The notes below the pieces were generated by a model, which was given only the letters and a program-made list of their open reading frames with translations, made no database searches and was not told where the DNA came from. 64,000 nucleotides of DNA from contig CBDEUM010000033.1 of the NCBI GenBank assembly GCA_965242925.1, positions 1 through 64,000 of the forward strand, read 5' to 3'. Of the stretch, positions 20,981-29,148 are shown piece after piece. The DNA comes from Roseibacillus sp. (GTDB taxonomy: Bacteria; Verrucomicrobiota; Verrucomicrobiia; Verrucomicrobiales; Akkermansiaceae). Both the position numbers and the translations under genes were made by a program. How positions within the stretch are numbered: the stretch's first letter is position 1; each line of letters opens with the position of its first letter.

Positions 20981-21412
20981 TCAACCGAAATCCGATGCGA
21001 TCTGCACCGCTATGAGGGAAGGGTCGAGGTCGCTCCCCTTAGCCTGCCATGCCGAAGATACGGCGCTCGCCGCTGCTTCGATCTGCTCCGTGCTGTAGTC
21101 AAGGGCAAGACCGATCTCCATAAGAAGTTCTTTCTCGGCGTCGTCGGCGTTACCATCGGCCCAGACGGCAGATGCCATGAACACGAGGAAGAGAGCGCGT
21201 TTGAAAGGGTCCGTGGGCAAGGAGTTCTCCGCTGAATCCGGGTCATTGACGATCGCGTCGATGTTCCCCTCCCCGATTCCGAGCCTGGAGGCGATGTCCC
21301 GCAGGACGGAGAGTTCGCTCTCATCGATTTTCCCGTCCGCCTTCATGATGCCAACCGCTTTCGCAAGCATCGTTTCCGCTTCAACGGTTTCTGGTGATTT
21401 GAATTCTCCCAT
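20981..21412 (-). CDS. TerB-like (tellurite resistance family) protein
   Basis: Two repeats: ADGKIDESE..L..IA..LG and ADGNADDAE..LL..IG..L. Confidence 0.75.
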   Translation of the reverse strand: MGEFKSPETVEAETMLAKAVGIMKADGKIDESELSVLRDIASRLGIGEGNIDAIVNDPDSAENSLPTDPFKRALFLVFMASAVWADGNADDAEKELLMEIGLALDYSTEQIEAAASAVSSAWQAKGSDLDPSLIAVQIASDFG

Positions 21413-21631
21413 GAAGAAATAGGTTGCTCCGAAGACTACCTAATGCCGTTGGAGGACGGTGCCAAGGCTAGAATCGACGTTCGACGGCCAAGGAAGGAGC
21501 ACCCAATCAAGCGGAAGGGTTGTCCCAATATCGCCCGTGGACAAGAATCCCGCGCGGTAAGGGCCGCATAAGGGATCTAACAGGAACTGAAGGCGGGGCT
21601 CACTATTCATAACCCGTTTATGACCAGGCCG

Positions 21632-21715
21632 TGCCGCCGGAGGGACTCGAACCCCCACTCCCTTGCGGGAAGCGGATTTTAAGTCCGCAGCGTCTACCAA
21701 TTCCGCCACGGCGGC
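21632..21715 (-). tRNA. tRNA-Leu(TAA)
   Basis: GCCGCCG acceptor stem; D-loop GGAATTGGTAGAC; anticodon arm GCGGA-CTTAAAA-TCCGC; long variable arm TTCCCGCAAGGGAG; GTTCGAGTC; CCA not encoded. Confidence 0.96.
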
Positions 21716-21728
21716 TGTGGCAAAGACG

Positions 21729-21756
21729 ACCCTACAGATACTACTCCAAAAGGCAA
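21729..21756 (-). promoter_or_regulatory. Possible sigma70-type promoter for tRNA-Leu
   Basis: TTGCCT-16 nt-TAGGGT, same layout as the candidate upstream of tRNA-Arg. Confidence 0.3.
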
Positions 21757-22140
21757 TTCTTGACCCTTTGCTTGCGCAAAAGGGCATGGGACCACGGACA
21801 AACATGTCCAACGATCCATCCCTCCCTGCCCAAGGCGAAACTGTAATCCCAAGGTTGAGAGAGGCGTTCTCAAAAACTCCACCCCCACCATCTACCGCAA
21901 ACCCGAAGCAAAGGGCTGGGGTGACACTTTGGGGCGGAGGCCTGTAAAGTGGATTAGGGAAAAGCCCGTGCCACCCCTTGAAGATTAGGTGAGCGGAGGG
22001 TTGGGTGAGTAAATCGCGCCGCGGTTTTAGCCGCATTCGTAATTCCTTTCACCCCGGCGAGGGCAAAGAGATGGATTTCTTGGAAAGCCTCAACCTCAAA
22101 TAACGCACCAGCCCCCCCTCCCCTCTAGGTCAGGGCTCTC

Positions 22141-22392
22141 CTAGCTTTCACTCGACTCCTGAGCCTTGCGCTCGGCCTCGAGCTCGGCCTCAAATTCCGC
22201 CTCCTCCTTGGCTTTAAGCTCTGCCTCGCTCTTCTTTGCAGCCTCCTCGGCGGCGGCCTTCTCGGCGGCATCTTCGGCGGCATACTGGGCCGTAAGCTTT
22301 TCGGCTTTCGCAGCCTCGCGAGCCATGCGTTTATCAAACTTCCTCTGCTCGCGCTCGCGGCGCTTGTAGTCTTTGCTAGGTGTGGAGGCCAT
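22141..22392 (-). CDS. Small, highly charged helical hypothetical protein
   Basis: 83 aa, E/K/A/R-rich, AAGGA upstream of the ATG; lies between tRNA-Leu and its 5' fragment. Confidence 0.6.
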   Translation of the reverse strand: MASTPSKDYKRREREQRKFDKRMAREAAKAEKLTAQYAAEDAAEKAAAEEAAKKSEAELKAKEEAEFEAELEAERKAQESSES

Positions 22393-22417
22393 GGGTAAAT
22401 CCTTAGTATGTTTAGAC

Positions 22418-22431
22418 TTAGAGCGCTCTAA
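22418..22431. promoter_or_regulatory. Perfect 14-bp palindrome TTAGAGCGCTCTAA (operator-like)
   Basis: Exact inverted repeat 25 bp upstream of the 83-aa gene. Confidence 0.4.
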
Positions 22432-22438
22432 AAACAGC

Positions 22439-22477
22439 TTTTAAGTTCGCAGCGTCTACCAGTTCGGCCACGGCGGC
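22439..22477 (-). repeat. Degenerate copy of the tRNA-Leu 5' half (att-like remnant)
   Basis: 36/39 identical to 21677..21715; similarity ends at the end of the anticodon loop (CTTAAAA). Confidence 0.85.
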
Positions 22478-22486
22478 ATGTGCCTG

Positions 22487-24199
22487 TCAGTTGTTACTCG
22501 GGGTTGGAGCTGGTGCTGGTTCCGGCTCCGGAAGAGGCTCAACCTCCGGCTCGGGAGCTGGCGCTAGTTCCGATTCGGAAAGAGGCTCAACCTCCGGCTC
22601 GGGAGCTGGCAGGGAAACCGAAGCAGGGTTCTCAATCCCTTCCATGGCACGTTCAATGAGAAGTTTCATGTCAGGGTTTTCCCCAGTAGTTTCCAGGGCC
22701 TTGCGAAGCACGGGAAGGCTGGCTTCGGTCCCCACCCGCCGGAGGATCAGAAGGGCAGATCGTTGCGCAGCCGGATTCTCATCATTGATGTGGGGCAGGA
22801 TCACGGTCTCCATTTGACTCCCCATGGAAATCACCTCGCTCTCCCAGTCAAGCGGCTTCCCCTTCCACAGGGTCTTGAGCAAGGGGATGCCCCCGGGTGT
22901 CCGGCGTTCGATGAGAAGCTCGATCATGCTCTTGGGCACCTCCTCACCCTTGCCAATGAGATCCTCCACAAGGTGGATCACTGCAGGTTCGGCCCCATCC
23001 TCAGGCACGGACCAGACCATGATGGCCTTGCAGATGACCGAGCGGAATTCGGTGTCGGCATCTTCGTCCAGCAATCCAACCAGACGTCTGGCAATCTCGG
23101 ACCGGAAACGGGAAGGCTCAACGGTGGAGAGTCGCTGGGCTGCATCCTTCACCCGGTCGATGTCGATGTGTTCAAGTTCCTTCTTGTTCAGGACAATGAA
23201 GGACTCGTGCGTCCTGTTGTTGAGTTTACCCTCAAGTTCAGTGCTGGGTTCCACCAGGTTTTCTCCCTTCACCTCGATGTGCAGGACACGCAGGTTCTCA
23301 TAGACATTCTCCACATCGGCAAAGTGCTCCACCAGTTCGACCAGTTCGGGCATCTTGATGCTGATGCCCTCAACAATGAGCAACCCTCCTTCTCCCCGCG
23401 GATAAAAGGCCGGCCGATCAGCCGCTCCGGTCTTCCGTTGCAGGTAGCGCTGGATCTGGTAGCGGAAGTGCTTCCTCATTTCCGGCGCCCAGAGCGCCCA
23501 CACCGATTCCTGTCCGAAGGAGTCGATGGCGCGCTGGACGGGGTCGTAGGCCATGGCCTTCCGCGCCTCGTCCCCGGACATCTTGGTGGGGGTCTCCCCA
23601 GCCCTGTCCAGCGGTGACCGTATCGGGTTTCCGGTGTCCTGATACCCCTCAGGATTACCCTTTGGCCGCAGGATCACGGTGAACGCCATCACCATGACCG
23701 CCAGCGCCACCCCGATCAGGGACACCTGCTTGTTCCGACGGAATCCCCCACTGAAGATCAGGGCCGATCCTACCATGACAACGAATCCACTCAGCAGGAT
23801 CCTCTTTTCGATCTCCACATCGCTAAAGACACCATTTCCCATCGAACCAAAGACGAGAATAACGAGATAACCGACGAGAATGAGAGTCCCGGTCACCCCT
23901 GCCACCATGCGCCCGGGTGTAGGCGGAATGACATCGGCCGCAGTCGCACTTCCACTGTAGGTTGCGGTGGCAAACTCCACCTCTGGGATGGGGTCCGCCG
24001 GCGATCGCCCAGCCCCGTAATGCTTGAGACCAGGCTTCTTGATATCGCCTGGGAAGTAGCGGTCTCGCTCAGACACAATGGCATCTTCATCGACCACAAA
24101 TTGCTTCTCGCAGGAGCCACACTCAACGGTCCGGCTCTTCAATTCCTCATCAACCGTGAACTGCCGCTGACAGGCTGGGCATTGGATGCGGAGAGTCAT
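22487..24199 (-). CDS. Membrane protein with N-terminal zinc ribbon, HEAT-like repeats and a Pro/Glu-rich tail
   Basis: CPAC...CGSC; three hydrophobic segments; ALLILRRVGTEASLPVL; (P/E)-rich C-terminus. Confidence 0.75.
   Translation of the reverse strand: MTLRIQCPACQRQFTVDEELKSRTVECGSCEKQFVVDEDAIVSERDRYFPGDIKKPGLKHYGAGRSPADPIPEVEFATATYSGSATAADVIPPTPGRMVAGVTGTLILVGYLVILVFGSMGNGVFSDVEIEKRILLSGFVVMVGSALIFSGGFRRNKQVSLIGVALAVMVMAFTVILRPKGNPEGYQDTGNPIRSPLDRAGETPTKMSGDEARKAMAYDPVQRAIDSFGQESVWALWAPEMRKHFRYQIQRYLQRKTGAADRPAFYPRGEGGLLIVEGISIKMPELVELVEHFADVENVYENLRVLHIEVKGENLVEPSTELEGKLNNRTHESFIVLNKKELEHIDIDRVKDAAQRLSTVEPSRFRSEIARRLVGLLDEDADTEFRSVICKAIMVWSVPEDGAEPAVIHLVEDLIGKGEEVPKSMIELLIERRTPGGIPLLKTLWKGKPLDWESEVISMGSQMETVILPHINDENPAAQRSALLILRRVGTEASLPVLRKALETTGENPDMKLLIERAMEGIENPASVSLPAPEPEVEPLSESELAPAPEPEVEPLPEPEPAPAPTPSNN
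22532..22610. repeat. Intragenic 31-bp direct repeat, period 48 bp, encoding PAPEPEVEPL twice
   Basis: aagaggctcaacctccggctcgggagctggc at 22532 and 22580. Confidence 0.85.
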
Positions 24200-24354
24200 A
24201 GGGAGGGATTACCGGCCGGGAACGGAGACAGGTTCCCCATAATAGGACCCAGTTTCAATACAATCCGTTCGAACTTTCCCTCCCAAAAGGGGGAGATCCC
24301 CACCGGAGCAAGACAGACTCTTGACCCACCGACTCGGTAGGCTAGGAAAGGTCA

Positions 24355-25059
24355 ATGCCACCCGACATCGTAGGACTTCTGACTCTGCAGGAACGTGATC
24401 AGCGCCTCCAGGAGCTCCGCAAGGAGCTGGAGCGCATCCCCCGGGAACAGGACCTGGCCCGGGAGCGACTGGCCACACGCCAGCAGGCGGTAGATGAGGC
24501 CAAGGCCGTCATGCAGGAAAATGAGGTGGCCATCAAGGGCGTGGAGCTCGACGTGGGCACCCGCAGGGAGTCCATTACCCGGCTCAGGCAACAGCAATTT
24601 GAAACCCGCAAGAACGAGGAATACAAGGCCCTGGGAGTAAAGGTGAGCCACTATTCAGACGAGATCGACGGGCTGGAGACGCGCGAACTGGAGCTCATGG
24701 AGCGGGGAGATCAGCTGCGGAGCAGCCTGACGGAGGCGGAGACGAACTACTCCACCACCAAAGGAGGCGTGGACGAAGAGGTCGATACCCTGCAGAAACG
24801 AGCCGACAATTTCTCCCGGGAAACGAATTCTCTGGAGGATGAACGAAAGCAGCTTCTGGTGGGGATGGACGACAGCATGATATCCATCTATGAGCGCCTC
24901 CTCAAGTTGCGGGGGGCACCGGTAGTGGTCCAGATCACGGGCGAGCGCCAGTGCCTGGGTTGCCACGTGAAGGCCACCCCGACCACCATGGTCCAGGTGC
25001 AGACTGGCAAGGAGCTCGTGAACTGCGAGAATTGCGGGAGAATCCTCTATCCGCAGTGA
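24355..25059 (+). CDS. Coiled-coil protein with C4 zinc ribbon (DUF164 family)
   Basis: LQxxD N-terminus, long coiled coil, CLGCH...CENCGRILY. Confidence 0.88.
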   Translation: MPPDIVGLLTLQERDQRLQELRKELERIPREQDLARERLATRQQAVDEAKAVMQENEVAIKGVELDVGTRRESITRLRQQQFETRKNEEYKALGVKVSHYSDEIDGLETRELELMERGDQLRSSLTEAETNYSTTKGGVDEEVDTLQKRADNFSRETNSLEDERKQLLVGMDDSMISIYERLLKLRGAPVVVQITGERQCLGCHVKATPTTMVQVQTGKELVNCENCGRILYPQ

Positions 25060-25182
25060 TCAAGGCGGCCCGGGCAGGAAAAAACGATTGCATCTGCAGG
25101 GGGCATCGTGTAGCCCTCCCGGCCCTCCGGCGTTCCCTCCCGATAGCGCCCTGCAACCCCAGCCGCATCACGCCTCAGAACC

Positions 25183-25533
25183 ATGAACGTCATCGAGAAA
25201 ATCGAACAGGAGCAACTCAAGGAAGACGTCACGGATTTCAACGTGGGAGACAGTGTGAAAGTGCACACTCTCGTCCGGGAGGGCGGCAAGGAGCGGATCC
25301 AGATTTTCGCGGGTCTGGTCATCGCCAGACGGGGCAGCTCCGTCAACGCGGCCTTCACGGTCCGTAAAATCTCCTACGGTGAAGGAGTCGAGCGGGTTTT
25401 TCAGCTCCACTCGCCCCGCATTTCCAAGATCGAGGTGACCAATCGCGGCAAGGTGCGCCGTGCCAAGCTTCACTACCTGCGGAGCCGGGTGGGCAAACGT
25501 GCCCTCCAGGTGAAAAGCAGTGACCAGCGATAA
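25183..25533 (+). CDS. rplS: 50S ribosomal protein L19
   Basis: [45 protein letters not shown]. Confidence 0.98.
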   Translation: MNVIEKIEQEQLKEDVTDFNVGDSVKVHTLVREGGKERIQIFAGLVIARRGSSVNAAFTVRKISYGEGVERVFQLHSPRISKIEVTNRGKVRRAKLHYLRSRVGKRALQVKSSDQR

Positions 25534-25635
25534 CGGGTTCCCGCAGCCCGCAAGGCAGCAGCTCACCTGGGACTTTTTCCCCTCCCTCCCTCCCGGAGCT
25601 TGAAATCCGGCGGACATGAGGGATTCTGCCTCAAC

Positions 25636-26556
25636 GTGCGAATTCCCATTCCGATAGTCGTCGGTATTTCGCTCTTGGCCGTGGCCTCATTCTGGGGCCT
25701 CCGTACCAGGAACATGGACTTCCTCACCCCCAACGGTGTGATTAAGCCCCTTCCCGATTTCATGACCGACCCGGCAGGCAACCCTGCTTCCTCCGAACCC
25801 GTCCTTGGCGCAGAGTTTGCCTCGTCAGACACACCCGCTCCCTCTCCAGCCCCCAACAAGTCCGATCTCGATCTCGGGGACCTCGAGAGCTCCCCGGGGC
25901 TGGCAGAGTATTCCGAGTATGCCGCCAAGGGCGCCGGTTACCTGGTGAGCCTCGCCACCGAACTGGAACTCCAGGGCCACTGGGACCGCTCTCTCCTGGC
26001 CTGGGAGCGGGTCCTCGACTCCTGCCATCCCTCCCCGCAGGAGCGCAAGACAGCGGAGAACGCCATCGTGCGTATCCGCCCTACTCTGACCCATTGGAAT
26101 ATCGATCCCGGCGGCGATATTCCCCTCCTCCTGCAACTCGGCAATCCCCGGCGGGCCTCCGACAACTTCAAGCAGTCCGCCCAGGAGGCAGCGGATTTTC
26201 TGCGAGGTGACTCTGATCATACCCTTCTGATCGAAGCGCGCATAACAACATCCCCATCCCGCAACACCGCGGCGGGCTCCCCCATCTCCGTCTCCTTCTC
26301 CGGATCCGGAAAGAGTGAGCCACAACCACGCTCCATGATGCCCGGCAACGACGAGGTCGAGCACTATCGACTCCTCATCCTTTCCAACTCTTATCAACTG
26401 GTCCGGCAGGAACTCGCCAATGTCGATGGGATTGTCCCTCCGCTGACCAGCAACCACCCGGGCAATCCCAGGCTCGATTTCCAGCGACAGGTCACCCGGT
26501 TGCACTGGCTCCGCTTCGCCGAGTCCCTCAATCGCTCCGCCCCCGCCGGAAACTGA
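25636..26556 (+). CDS. Membrane-anchored hypothetical protein
   Basis: GTG start followed by a TM helix; long ORF in the same orientation as its neighbours. Confidence 0.65.
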   Translation: MRIPIPIVVGISLLAVASFWGLRTRNMDFLTPNGVIKPLPDFMTDPAGNPASSEPVLGAEFASSDTPAPSPAPNKSDLDLGDLESSPGLAEYSEYAAKGAGYLVSLATELELQGHWDRSLLAWERVLDSCHPSPQERKTAENAIVRIRPTLTHWNIDPGGDIPLLLQLGNPRRASDNFKQSAQEAADFLRGDSDHTLLIEARITTSPSRNTAAGSPISVSFSGSGKSEPQPRSMMPGNDEVEHYRLLILSNSYQLVRQELANVDGIVPPLTSNHPGNPRLDFQRQVTRLHWLRFAESLNRSAPAGN

Positions 26557-26730
26557 CCAGAGCCGGGGGGAAGGAACCGGCTCCACCCCGGCCCGGAACC
26601 GGCTCCCATCCCGCTGTTCTGCACAGCGACTGGGCAGGGAGTGACCAATAATTGGCCTGTTTGCCTTTTCCGCCCCTCCCGCACCCGGTGCTCCTTTGAC
26701 AGGCAAGGAGATACACCCCACACTACAGGC

Positions 26731-27648
26731 ATGTTCAGACTGGTTCTCACCTCCGTGCTCCCGCTCCTCGGCTGCCTTGCCCTTGCCGGGGACGAAAAGG
26801 CGCCTGCCGGTGAGAAGTCCGCCAAAGAGCCCCCTTCGGTAAGAAGCCTCGGCAATGGCAAGTTCGAGGTGGGAATAGTCACCTTCCACCAGAAGACTCG
26901 TGAGATCAACTTCCCCGCAGAGGTCAACATGAAGGAAGGCGCCCTGGAATATGCCGTCGTCCATCAGAACGGCAAGATTCACGAAGCGATTCTCATCACC
27001 AAAGCGCGCCCCTTCCACGTCAACATCGCCTTGAAGATCCTCGGCTACAAGGAATCCAAGGAACTCTTCCCCATCCTGGGGGAGGACTTTCGTCCTACCG
27101 GCAAGTTCCCGGATGTCGCCGAGAAGATCAGGAACGCCGCACGGGCCGAGATCCATCTAGAGTGGAAGGACAAGGAGGGCAAGGTGCGGACCGCCACCCT
27201 CAATGACTGGATCACCCACACAGTCACGAAGAAACCCCTGCCTCCCAAGCCCTGGGTTTACGGAGGATCCTATATCCACGACAATTCATTCCAGGCTGAG
27301 GTCACCGGCGACATCGTGGCCCTCTTCACCAATAATGCCTCCCTCTTCAACTGGCCCGGCCAGGACGGCAATCTCGATGATGTCTGGATTCCCACCACCG
27401 CCCGTGTTCCTGAGGTAGGCACCTCGATCAAGTTAACCATCAAACCCTTCCTGCGGGGCAAGGGGGATGGTGAAGAAAAGGCAACCGGACAACTCAGGAA
27501 GAACAGAATCAGGCAATCAGGGAGACAGGAAAGACTGCCTGTCAGCGCCCTTGAAACAGGGAAGTCCCGTCCCCGGGAACAGAAGGCTCTTCCTGATAAC
27601 CCTGCCGGGATCCCGGCAGCCGCACCCTCCTCCTCTCAAGGAACATAG
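26731..27648 (+). CDS. YdjY-like exported protein
   Basis: Signal peptide; VNMKEGALEY...GKIHEAIL...PFHVNIALKILG; WVYGGS; low-complexity tail. Confidence 0.7.
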   Translation: MFRLVLTSVLPLLGCLALAGDEKAPAGEKSAKEPPSVRSLGNGKFEVGIVTFHQKTREINFPAEVNMKEGALEYAVVHQNGKIHEAILITKARPFHVNIALKILGYKESKELFPILGEDFRPTGKFPDVAEKIRNAARAEIHLEWKDKEGKVRTATLNDWITHTVTKKPLPPKPWVYGGSYIHDNSFQAEVTGDIVALFTNNASLFNWPGQDGNLDDVWIPTTARVPEVGTSIKLTIKPFLRGKGDGEEKATGQLRKNRIRQSGRQERLPVSALETGKSRPREQKALPDNPAGIPAAAPSSSQGT

Positions 27649-27681
27649 AAAAGTCGAACTTCATCACATTCGCCACCCATC

Positions 27682-28830
27682 ATGAATGTCATTATCACCT
27701 GCACCCTCGCTGCCGCGACGCTTTGCTCCACCCTCGAGGCCCAGAACCAGAGTGAATACCTCTCGCTGCGCCTCGAAATGGAACGCGCCATCCGAAAGGG
27801 AAACGCCTTTCTCAAGAGCCAGCAGGAAAAGGAGGGATTCTGGGGAGAAAAGGAAACGCCCGCCCTCACCTCCCTTGTTCTCGCGGCCATGATGCGCGAC
27901 CCCGGTCTCGATTACACCAAGACCCACCCCCAGCACATCGAACACGGCTTCAGCTGGTTGCTCAAGCAGCAGAAGGACGACGGGGGCATCTACGTCAAGG
28001 GTCTGGCCACCTACAACACCTCCTCCTCGATCATGGCTCTCCTGGCCCGTGGCAGGAAGGAGGATGAACCGGTCATCCTGAAGGCCCGGGAATTCCTCGT
28101 CAACCAGCAGACAGACTGGGGCAACAAGGGCACCGCCGACAACAAGTATGACGGCGGAGTCGGTTACGGTGGCACCTACGCCCACTCCGACATGTCCAAC
28201 ACCTACCTCGCCCTGGAGGCCCTCTATCACTCCCGCCAGATTGCCAAGGACAACAAGAGCGGGAAACAACCTGAACTCGACTGGAAGGCCGCCCTCAATT
28301 TCATCTCACGCTGCCAGAACCTCGAATCAACCAACGACCAGGTCACCGCAGTGGCCAAGGAGGACGAAGGGGGGTTTGTCTATTTCCCTGGTGACAGCAA
28401 GGCGGGCGAACGCAAACTTCCCGACGGCCGGATGGCCCTGCGTTCCTATGGTTCAATGTCCTACGCCGGTCTGCTCTCCCTCATCTATGCCGACCTCGAA
28501 CCGGGCGACAAGCGACTCAAGTCCGTCCTCAAGTGGCTGGGCAACAACTACACCCTCAAGGAGAACCCCGGCCTCGGCCAGCAGGGACTCTACTACTACT
28601 ATCACGCCATGACCAAGAGCCTCGTGGCCGCTGGCATCGACCTGCTCGAAGGATCGGATGGCACCAAGATCGACTGGCGCAAGGATCTCGGGCGCCTCCT
28701 CGTGAGCAATCAGGGCAAGGACGGTTCCTGGATCAACGAGAACTCCCGCTGGTGGGAGAATGACGACATCCTGGTCAGCTCCTACGTCGTCCTCACCCTC
28801 GAACAGCTCTACTATTCGATCCCGGAATAA
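27682..28830 (+). CDS. Exported prenyltransferase/squalene-cyclase repeat protein
   Basis: QW-like repeats (LKSQQEKEGFW, LLKQQKDDGG, NQGKDGSW), DMSNT, SYGSMSYAGL, LYYYYH. Confidence 0.85.
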   Translation: MNVIITCTLAAATLCSTLEAQNQSEYLSLRLEMERAIRKGNAFLKSQQEKEGFWGEKETPALTSLVLAAMMRDPGLDYTKTHPQHIEHGFSWLLKQQKDDGGIYVKGLATYNTSSSIMALLARGRKEDEPVILKAREFLVNQQTDWGNKGTADNKYDGGVGYGGTYAHSDMSNTYLALEALYHSRQIAKDNKSGKQPELDWKAALNFISRCQNLESTNDQVTAVAKEDEGGFVYFPGDSKAGERKLPDGRMALRSYGSMSYAGLLSLIYADLEPGDKRLKSVLKWLGNNYTLKENPGLGQQGLYYYYHAMTKSLVAAGIDLLEGSDGTKIDWRKDLGRLLVSNQGKDGSWINENSRWWENDDILVSSYVVLTLEQLYYSIPE

Positions 28831-28859
28831 GGCTCGCCTGACCCCGGGAGCGGGATCAG

Positions 28860-28936
<77 letters not shown>

Positions 28937-29148
28937 CCGGGATGAGCGGACGGTCCCCGATTCCACAGTCCCGATCAAGACGGAACTCACGATTGTGGAA
29001 AACACGGCCCTGCAAAGCGATTCCCGTCTCTGCCTCCCGGCGCGCAGCTTGCCCAATATTCTCAGCAATTCAGCCCAAATCCGCTCCCCACGCACCGGAA
29101 GATGCGATAGCCTCCAAAAACTTCGCACCTTAGAATCCCGTCAATGGC

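Noticed and set aside
21440..22036. 198-aa ORF
   Set aside because: It runs through tRNA-Leu; the AELVDAADLKS segment is simply translated tRNA.
26560..26606. GAGCCGG/CCGGCTC hairpin and GGAACCGGCTCC direct repeat
   Set aside because: Only two short copies and no U-tract; not supportable as a terminator or CRISPR.
27467..27685. 72-aa ORF between the YdjY-like and prenyltransferase-fold genes
   Set aside because: It overlaps the YdjY tail in another frame and has no recognisable features.
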